Of a stretch of 64,000 nucleotides of DNA, positions 35,308 to 42,803 are shown in pieces. Position numbers and translations under genes: made by a program. A model generated the notes under the pieces. The model was not told the DNA's origin. It did not search any database and saw only the letters and a program-made list of their open reading frames with translations. The first letter of the stretch is position 1. Each line of letters starts with the position of its first letter. Source of the DNA: an uncultured virus (IMG/VR IMGVR_UViG_3300031951_000023) (taxonomy: Duplodnaviria > Heunggongvirae > Uroviricota > Caudoviricetes). The DNA lies in IMG/VR virus record IMGVR_UViG_3300031951_000023. One strand, written 5' to 3'.

Positions 35308-37211
35308 TGTCTATCAGAACTACTGTAGGTCAGCTGCTAGTTAACGAAGCTCTTCCTCAGAGCTATCGAGACTATAATCGTATTCTTGACGGTAAGACTG
35401 TTCAAAAAGTGATGCAGCAGATAGCTGAGAAGGATCCAGACAGCTACAGGGATGTGCTTAAGAAGTTATTTGACGTTGGTAGAGATGTAGCTTACAAGAC
35501 CGGAGGATTCTCTTTCGGACTTGATTCTCTAAGGACGTCAGTATCAGGCAAGGAAGCTGCTTTAGAAATAAAGAAAAGAATACAAGCCATACAGGCAAGA
35601 AACCTTCCAGAGAAAGAAAAGAACGACGAGATTGTCAAAACTGTTCTTAGTTATCAGAAGCCTCTAGAAGACGCCATTCTTAACGAGTCCAAAGCTGAGC
35701 ACAGCCCTTTGGCTCTGCAGGTTTTGTCTGGTTCAAGAGGCAAGCCTTCAAACCTTAAGTCTTTGAGAGGCGGAGACTTACTGTACACAGACCACAGAGA
35801 CAGGCCTATTCCTATTCCAGTTTTGAACTCTTTCTCCAAAGGCCTAACTCCAGCAGAGTATTTTGCTGGAAGCTTCGGAGCCAGAAAGGGAGTTGTTGAT
35901 ACCAAGTTCTCTGTTCAACACTCTGGGTTCTTTTCCAAACAGCTAAACCAGTTAGGGCACAGGCTCATAGTCACAGCCAGAGACGCTGAAGATCCTGGGC
36001 ATACGGACAGCAGAGGAATGCCTGTTGATGTTGACGATTCTGACAACGAAGGATCACTTCTGTCTGTTCCAGTAGGCGGCTATAAGAAAAACACGCTGAT
36101 AACTCCAAAGGTCATGAAAGACCTTCTCAGCCGTGGAATAACCAAGATGGTAGTCAGAAGTCCTGTAGCCACAGGAGCTCCTGACGGAGGCTTGTATGCA
36201 AGAGATGTTGGAGTTCGTGAGCGTGGCGGTTTACCTGCTGTTGGGGACTTTGTGGGCATTGCAGCGGTGCAAGCACTCAGCGAACCAATCTCACAAGGAA
36301 CCCTGAGCTCAAAACACAGCGGCGGAGTTGCTGGCGGTAAGTCCATATCAGGCTTCAAGCAGCTAAATCAGTTGATTCAAAGTCCCAAGCAGTCTCCTTA
36401 CTGGGCAACTCATGCTCAAGTAGATGGAAAAATAGAATCTGTTCGCGAAGCTCCTAGCGGCGGGCAGTTCATATTTATCAAACAAGTTCCTCACTACATA
36501 AATCCAGAAGCCGGGATGAAGTTCAAAATAGGAGATGAGGTAGAAGCTGGAGATGTGCTTAGTGACGGCCTTCCAAACCCTGCTGAATTTGTAAAGTTCA
36601 AGGGAATAGGCGAAGGAAGAAGGCAGTTTGTTCTAAGTTTTAGAGACGCAATGAAAGAAGCTGGGCTGGGCGCGCATAGAAGAAATATTGAAATGCTATC
36701 TAGAGGGCTTATCAACCACGTCAGGCTAAATGACGAGTTGGAAGAGTTCATGCCTGACGACATTATTCCTTACGATCTATTTGAGAAAACTTTTCAGCCA
36801 AGGCCAGGACACCAGAAACTTTCAACAAAATCGGCAAAAGGTAAGTACCTGGAAAGGCCTGTCCTTCACTACACGATAGGAACCAGGGTAACTCCTAAAG
36901 TTATAAACACACTATCTGATTTCGGAATTAATGAAGTGATAGCTCACCATGAGCCTCCTCCAATAGAGCCTCACTTCTTGCGAGGTTTGGATAACCTGCA
37001 GTATGATCCAGACTGGATGACAAGAATGCTTGGGTCAAATCTTCAAAAGGGTTTATTGAAGGGCACGTGGAGTGGAGCTATCTCTGACGAGACTGGTACT
37101 TCGTTCGTGCCTTCTTTGGCTAAGTCTGTCGGTTTTGGCAGTACAGGCAAGATAAAAGGATACGACCCAAAAGGTGTGATAAAGCCAACTGATAACGGTG
37201 GTGTACTATGA
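35307..37211 (+). CDS. rpoC: RNA polymerase beta' C-terminal half (bridge helix and trigger loop)
   Basis: TTVGQLL, SGSRG, GLTPAEYF..SFGARKGVVDT..SGFFSKQL, VGIAAVQALSEPISQGTLSSKHSGG. Confidence 0.92.
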   Translation: MSIRTTVGQLLVNEALPQSYRDYNRILDGKTVQKVMQQIAEKDPDSYRDVLKKLFDVGRDVAYKTGGFSFGLDSLRTSVSGKEAALEIKKRIQAIQARNLPEKEKNDEIVKTVLSYQKPLEDAILNESKAEHSPLALQVLSGSRGKPSNLKSLRGGDLLYTDHRDRPIPIPVLNSFSKGLTPAEYFAGSFGARKGVVDTKFSVQHSGFFSKQLNQLGHRLIVTARDAEDPGHTDSRGMPVDVDDSDNEGSLLSVPVGGYKKNTLITPKVMKDLLSRGITKMVVRSPVATGAPDGGLYARDVGVRERGGLPAVGDFVGIAAVQALSEPISQGTLSSKHSGGVAGGKSISGFKQLNQLIQSPKQSPYWATHAQVDGKIESVREAPSGGQFIFIKQVPHYINPEAGMKFKIGDEVEAGDVLSDGLPNPAEFVKFKGIGEGRRQFVLSFRDAMKEAGLGAHRRNIEMLSRGLINHVRLNDELEEFMPDDIIPYDLFEKTFQPRPGHQKLSTKSAKGKYLERPVLHYTIGTRVTPKVINTLSDFGINEVIAHHEPPPIEPHFLRGLDNLQYDPDWMTRMLGSNLQKGLLKGTWSGAISDETGTSFVPSLAKSVGFGSTGKIKGYDPKGVIKPTDNGGVL

Positions 37212-39718
37212 GCCTTGAAGATACAGAAAAGTCCGCATCACCAGCTTGGCAGCGTTCTGAAGGCAAGAACCCAGAAGGCGGTCTGAACGAGAAAGGCCGT
37301 AAGAGCCTAAAAGCCCAAGGCCATGACATAAAAAGGCCTCAGCCAGAAGGAGGTCCAAGAAAAGATAGCTTCTGCGCCAGAATGAAAGGCATGAAGTCCA
37401 AGCTAACTTCAAAAGCTACGGCAAACGACCCAGATAGCCGAATAAACAAGTCTCTTCGTAAATGGAAGTGTGGCAGCGCTCATGAAAAACTAGCCGAGAT
37501 ACTACAGTCTCTTAGTAAGCGAGCTGAGACAGAAAATCAGAAAGAAGCAGGCGGAAAACCAGGCCTCTGGGCAAACATTCACGCCAAGAAAGAGCGTGGA
37601 GAAGCTCCAGCAAAGCCTGGAGAGAAAGGATACCCAACAGCAAAGAACTGGAAGAAAGTAACTAGAGAGTCAGAGAAAAAGGCGGAGCTGCCTGATTTAA
37701 ATAAAAATAGACTTAATGAGCTTGAAAACTGGCAACTTAATGCAGAAGCAAATGATTTGTTGGCTAATCAGGCAAATCGTGAAGAGCTAGAAAATCTTCA
37801 ATTTGAAGATGCAGAAGGTAAAGAGTACCTCGACATTGGGCAATCACCCAGCAGGACCGCTAAAAAAAAGAAAAGACCCTCGACAGCCTCATTTCCGACT
37901 GCCGGTTTGCTGGGATCTGCCCTGCTAGGTGGTGCTGGTGCCGCTGGAATATACGGCGGTACGAAACTCAGGCAACTAGGGAATCTGACCCTTGAGGACG
38001 TTCAGAATCAGATAGACTTGGCTTCTGCTAGAGCCGAGTTGCGCGGAAACCTACCAAAAGATGAAAGACCAGGATGGTTTGGCATTCTTTCAAGCTCTCT
38101 AAGAGGCGGAGCTACGCCAGAAGAGAAAGCTGTCATAGAGAGAATGAAAAGAGAGCATGATGCTAAGCAAGACGCCATACAGGTAATGCCTAATTTCAAA
38201 CTTAGGGATTTAAACCCAGGTAGAACAAAAGGGTTTGGAGCCGGATCAGAAGCTGTAAAAGATTTGTTCAGCGCACCAGACAAGCTTACAGCCCAGCTTG
38301 CATATATCAGAGAAGCCAATAACCTATTGCCGACAATAGCTTATGGCAACACAAAAGCCTTAGACATAATGAACTGGATGCGTAGCCCGCGTAATGAAAA
38401 CTGGGTTGGGCCGCTTATGAATGTTGGAGGACCTCCTCCAAGGCCAGGAACAGAGGGATCAGAGTACAGAAAGAACTCAAAAGGTGAATGGGAGAGAATT
38501 CCTGGCACCAACTATCTAGGTAGAAGAGATTTTGACGAAAGATTCCGGGATATAGAAACAAAGAAAGACTTTGCTGTACAAGAACTAGCTAAGGCTAGGG
38601 GCATAACTCCAGAAGCTGCCTCCGCTTTTCTTGAACCTTTGTTCAAAGATGTAAACAAGCCAGGCAGCGCAGAGCTGAACACTCAGAGAAAGAATATTCT
38701 TGAAGCTCTACGCGCTCAGGGAGTTCAAACTCACGGACAGCCCAAGCTAGAGACAAGAGAAGGAGTTCCTCAGCCAGAAGGCGGGCATTATTCTCACTAC
38801 AACTATTACGCTAAAGACCCGTCTTCAGCTTTTATGCAGCAAACTGTAGAAGGAGTTAACCCTCTTGAAGACTTGATCAAAAGAATAGCCACAGTAGAGA
38901 TTAAATCTCGAGCTGGCATGAATAGAAAGCCTACTTATCCCCAGCCTGACTTTGATAAGAATATTTCGCCTGAGGATAAGTACAAGAAAGACTGGATTGA
39001 AGAACTTACCGGCATCATAGCTCCGCAGGCAGAGCTAAAGAGCACAGACAAGCCAGAAGAAGAAGCTACACTCGGCGGATACTTGGCTCACGCCAACCCC
39101 ATGCGATTCTTCTCAAAAGATACCAAGTACAACAGGCTTCAGAGCAAAGCCACAGCTGAAAAACTGTTTGATTTGATCAGCAAGCGCAAAGCCAGTCTTT
39201 CGGATGCAGAAAGACAAGACATAGAATCGGCTTTTGCGCAGTCAGCCGCTACTCCAGAAGCCGCCTCAAAGCAAAACGCAGCTATGCAAAGGCTTCTAGG
39301 ATACGGATCTGGGCGTCAGGGCGTCGTGGACACCATGAGCAGGATGCATCAGATAGTGCAGGATGTACAGAAAGCCCATCCAACTCCAGACAGGGAACAA
39401 TCCAAGCTTATTTACGAAGCTCTGACAAAAGATCCGACAACGGCTGCCGCTGCTCACGCCATGTCAGCTGCTCAGCCTCACCAGGGGGTTAACCCTGCGA
39501 CAATCGGGCCTTTGTACATGGGTATAGTCAAGGCTCTTGAGCAGCCTGGCAATATTACTGCCACTTCTCACAAGGTTGCTCCATGGGTTCAAGGCTTGGG
39601 CGCAACAGCCGCTCTTGGCGGCGGTGCTTACGGTATATATAAGCTATATGACTATTTAACTAAGTTAAAAGAAGATAGGCGTAAGAAAAAGGAAGATGCT
39701 GACGAAGAGCTAGCATAA
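37208..39718 (+). CDS. Modular putative virion polyprotein (DUF6321-like module, PGLWANIHAK module, TM segments)
   Basis: SPAWQRSEGKNPEGGLN...SFCARM...SLRKWKC; modules bounded by EKSA, SKRA, QKEA and EKKA. Confidence 0.65.
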   Translation: MSLEDTEKSASPAWQRSEGKNPEGGLNEKGRKSLKAQGHDIKRPQPEGGPRKDSFCARMKGMKSKLTSKATANDPDSRINKSLRKWKCGSAHEKLAEILQSLSKRAETENQKEAGGKPGLWANIHAKKERGEAPAKPGEKGYPTAKNWKKVTRESEKKAELPDLNKNRLNELENWQLNAEANDLLANQANREELENLQFEDAEGKEYLDIGQSPSRTAKKKKRPSTASFPTAGLLGSALLGGAGAAGIYGGTKLRQLGNLTLEDVQNQIDLASARAELRGNLPKDERPGWFGILSSSLRGGATPEEKAVIERMKREHDAKQDAIQVMPNFKLRDLNPGRTKGFGAGSEAVKDLFSAPDKLTAQLAYIREANNLLPTIAYGNTKALDIMNWMRSPRNENWVGPLMNVGGPPPRPGTEGSEYRKNSKGEWERIPGTNYLGRRDFDERFRDIETKKDFAVQELAKARGITPEAASAFLEPLFKDVNKPGSAELNTQRKNILEALRAQGVQTHGQPKLETREGVPQPEGGHYSHYNYYAKDPSSAFMQQTVEGVNPLEDLIKRIATVEIKSRAGMNRKPTYPQPDFDKNISPEDKYKKDWIEELTGIIAPQAELKSTDKPEEEATLGGYLAHANPMRFFSKDTKYNRLQSKATAEKLFDLISKRKASLSDAERQDIESAFAQSAATPEAASKQNAAMQRLLGYGSGRQGVVDTMSRMHQIVQDVQKAHPTPDREQSKLIYEALTKDPTTAAAAHAMSAAQPHQGVNPATIGPLYMGIVKALEQPGNITATSHKVAPWVQGLGATAALGGGAYGIYKLYDYLTKLKEDRRKKKEDADEELA

Positions 39719-39768
39719 AGGTAACAGTTACGATAGTATTTATTTCAAGACCCACACCGAGGTGTATC

Positions 39769-40701
39769 ATGAGCAATTTGACAGAGCTTAGCCTGAAAGC
39801 CGCCGCACTAAAGAAATTGGCTGCCGAAGGAGATCTATCCACGATAGTAGATCCAAAAGAGATAAGTACCTCTAACCTAGACCCGACTGTCGCTTCAGCA
39901 ATTGCTGGCGGCGTTCCTGGACTGGCTTTGGGCGGTCTAGGCGGTCTAGCGCTATCAAAGAAGAACCGTTTACGTAATGCTCTTCTGTATGGGCTACTTG
40001 GCGGCACTGCGGGCGCGGGCCTTTTAGGCGGAGCCACAGAATTGTCGATGATGGGGCAAGAGCCTACAGAAGCAGATCTAAAAAAATATCAAGAGGCTCT
40101 TGAACAAGGTGGGCTTTCTCCTGAACAAATATCTGAGCTACCAGGTCTTCTAGAACAACAGAAAAGCAGGCACGCTGCTGCTGCCCGAGGAGCAAAAGGC
40201 TTAGGCGGTTACCTAGGCTATGCGACAAGAGTTCCAGGGCAGTTTGCAGATTCCAGCTACGGAAAAGGAAAAGAATTAGCAACTCAGGGATTGAGCAAAA
40301 TTCAAGAACTTGGGTCTAAAGCTTTAGATAACGCAAAAGCTAATTTTAAAGAAGTAAAGCGTAGGGGTACAAACGTAGGTAACGCAATAGCCGGAGGAGA
40401 TGTTTCTTCTCCAGCTAAACCACCTGCGGCTGAAGCTCCCAAGCCTGAAGCAGCCAAGCCTAAAGAAGATACTTCAAAGGCTCAGACTAAAAACACTGAA
40501 AGTGGAAAGTCTGAGTTTAAAACAACTACGGCTAGCGTAAAAGAAAGCCTAGACAGGAAGTACAGAGTAATAAGGATGCTCAACACCCTCAAGCAAGCCG
40601 CTTCTTCTTGCGGGTCAGAGGGTATGAACTACAAGGATAAGAGCTCAAAGAAGCCTTATTCCAAGATCGATGTGATGGACAATCTTCCAAAGAAGAAGTA
40701 A
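39769..40701 (+). CDS. Glycine-zipper membrane protein with KxA leader
   Basis: LKKLAA; GLALGGLGGLALSKKNRLRNALLYGLLGGTAGAGLLGG. Confidence 0.65.
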   Translation: MSNLTELSLKAAALKKLAAEGDLSTIVDPKEISTSNLDPTVASAIAGGVPGLALGGLGGLALSKKNRLRNALLYGLLGGTAGAGLLGGATELSMMGQEPTEADLKKYQEALEQGGLSPEQISELPGLLEQQKSRHAAAARGAKGLGGYLGYATRVPGQFADSSYGKGKELATQGLSKIQELGSKALDNAKANFKEVKRRGTNVGNAIAGGDVSSPAKPPAAEAPKPEAAKPKEDTSKAQTKNTESGKSEFKTTTASVKESLDRKYRVIRMLNTLKQAASSCGSEGMNYKDKSSKKPYSKIDVMDNLPKKK

Positions 40702-40707
40702 TCACAG

Positions 40708-42198
40708 ATGAATCAATACTCCAAGCTAATAGCGCTCTTCTCAGAGATTGGGAAGAGCGCGGAGATGAAGCCTGAGGTAATTCCTCAGGCTCATCAGCTT
40801 AGAGTCGCTAAGAAATTAGTTACAAAAAGTCCTAAGATGTTGGTCTACCACGGCTTAGGAACCGGCAAAACTTTAGCTTCAATACTTGCAGCCGAAGCCG
40901 CCAAAAAGAAATTCGGTGACGATTACGGCGTAATAGCCCCAGCAAGCCTAAGAGAAAACTTCCAGAAAGAAGTAGACAGATTCACCACCGGTAGCGAGCC
41001 TGAAATACTCTCTTACACAGGCGCGGCTTTAGGCAAAAAGTTCAAACAGCCTCCTAAAACAATAATCGTAGATGAAGCGCATAGGCTCAGAAGCCCAACT
41101 TCAGCCGCAACTGAGGCTATAGCCAGAGCCGCTAATAGAGCCAATCAGCTGATGCTCTTGTCTGGGTCTCCAATAGTCAACGAACCATCTGATTTGGCTA
41201 CTCCGCTATCAATGCTTACCGGTTTCAAGATAGATCCTGAAGATTTCAACAAAGCTTTTATACGAAAGAAAAGAGTAGACCCAGGTTTCTTCGCCAAACT
41301 TAGAGGCATCATGCCAGGCGAAAGAGAAACAATAAGAAACGAACACATACTTCGTAAGCTTCTTGAAAATAAAGTTGATTACCAGCCAGGAAAGCTTCCA
41401 GAAGGCGTCAGCATAAACGAGCAGCTAATAAAAGTTCCTCTAACTCAAGAACAGCAAAGAATTCAAAGCGCTATCAGGGAAAAGATTCCTCTTAAGTTTT
41501 TATGGAAACTAGACAGAGAGTTTCCCCTATCTGCAGAAGAGTCAAAGAGGCTGAACAGCTTCATGACAGGTCTTAGACAAGTAGGTCTGTCTACTTCGCC
41601 GTTTAGAGCAGACAAGAATCTTATAAAGTCTTTCCAGCAGTCAGGTAAGTTGACTGAAGCTTTAAAAAACTTAAAACAAGTTCTACAAGAAGATAAGCGT
41701 AAAAAAGCTTTGATATACTCTAACTATATAGGCGCAGGATTAGACCCATACGCTGCGGCTCTAGCCAAAGAGAAAATTCCTTACGGGTTTTTCCATGGAG
41801 GAGTAAAGGAAAGAGAGCGTAAGAAAGCCGTAGATGCTTACAACGCTGGTAAATTAAGAGCTTTATTGATTGGTCCCGCTGGAGCAGAAGGTTTAAGCAC
41901 CAAGGGCACCAGTCTTATACAAATACTTGACCCTCACTTCCATGAGTCGAGAACTCAACAGGCTAAAGGAAGAGGCCTAAGGTTCGATTCTCACGTAGGT
42001 TTACCTGAAGAGCTGAAAGACGTTATTATACAAAAGTATATAAGTCAGGCTGAAGAGCCCAGCTTCTTCTCTAAAATGCTTGGAGCTAAAAAATATAGAA
42101 CTGGCGATGAGATAATAGAAGGAATAGCTAGAGAAAAGGAAGACCTGAACAACAAGTTCAGAGAAATCCTAAAACAAGTTGGAAGCCATCATTCTTAA
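40708..42198 (+). CDS. SF2/SNF2-like helicase (DEAH)
   Basis: LVYHGLGTGKT, IVDEAH, LSGSP, AGAEGLS, QAKGRGLRFDSH. Confidence 0.9.
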   Translation: MNQYSKLIALFSEIGKSAEMKPEVIPQAHQLRVAKKLVTKSPKMLVYHGLGTGKTLASILAAEAAKKKFGDDYGVIAPASLRENFQKEVDRFTTGSEPEILSYTGAALGKKFKQPPKTIIVDEAHRLRSPTSAATEAIARAANRANQLMLLSGSPIVNEPSDLATPLSMLTGFKIDPEDFNKAFIRKKRVDPGFFAKLRGIMPGERETIRNEHILRKLLENKVDYQPGKLPEGVSINEQLIKVPLTQEQQRIQSAIREKIPLKFLWKLDREFPLSAEESKRLNSFMTGLRQVGLSTSPFRADKNLIKSFQQSGKLTEALKNLKQVLQEDKRKKALIYSNYIGAGLDPYAAALAKEKIPYGFFHGGVKERERKKAVDAYNAGKLRALLIGPAGAEGLSTKGTSLIQILDPHFHESRTQQAKGRGLRFDSHVGLPEELKDVIIQKYISQAEEPSFFSKMLGAKKYRTGDEIIEGIAREKEDLNNKFREILKQVGSHHS

Positions 42199-42206
42199 GG
42201 TGAGAC

Positions 42207-42737
42207 ATGCGGATAGCACAGCTATTAGCTCAAAAGGCTGCAATTAGCTTTGTAAAGTCTGCCTTACAGCAACCAGCTGGCGGCAATCCAATGCTGGACG
42301 CTGCAAATCAAACAGCTAAACCAATTCAAAAGCCTACAGCTCCGGCGGCTCCAGCTCAGCCGCAACAGCCAGCTCAGCCAAAGTATACTCCGCCTCCAGG
42401 AACACCTCCTTGGGCTTTGAGTAATTACATGAATCCAGAAAATGCCTACGGGTTGGTAGCTAGTCTAGGTTCTCCAATATTTAAAGCTGTAGGTTCTGTT
42501 GGAGGCTTGGCTGGAGTTGGAGCTTTAGCTAATCTGGCGCTTAGAGGCGGAGAAGACGCTAAGTCTTTAGGCGGTCCAGCTTATGAAAACTTAGCTAACA
42601 ATATAAGTGGTCAATTTAACAAAATTAAAACAGATATGACTAATAAATACATTGCTAACAACTATGTTCAACCAGCCTTCAATCAAGCCAAAGGTTATAT
42701 TAGCAACTGGTGGCACGGCCAAAAGCCTGGTAAATAG
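42207..42737 (+). CDS. KxA-leader Pro/Gln-rich protein with Gly-rich hydrophobic segment
   Basis: MRIAQLLAQKAAISFVKSA. Confidence 0.65.
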   Translation: MRIAQLLAQKAAISFVKSALQQPAGGNPMLDAANQTAKPIQKPTAPAAPAQPQQPAQPKYTPPPGTPPWALSNYMNPENAYGLVASLGSPIFKAVGSVGGLAGVGALANLALRGGEDAKSLGGPAYENLANNISGQFNKIKTDMTNKYIANNYVQPAFNQAKGYISNWWHGQKPGK

Positions 42738-42745
42738 CATTGTAA

Positions 42746-42774
42746 TTGATTCATTTTAGACAACGTGACATAAT
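42746..42774 (+). promoter_or_regulatory. Sigma70-like promoter TTGATT-N17-CATAAT
   Basis: Intergenic, canonical spacing, upstream of 42804. Confidence 0.5.
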
Positions 42775-42803
42775 TTCGATAGCAGCAGCCAGAGAGGTGT
42801 CTC

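Noticed and set aside
27018..37211. Bacterial chromosomal rpoB-rpoC locus
   Set aside because: No ribosomal protein genes flank it, the motifs are highly diverged, and the neighbours are capsid and tail genes.
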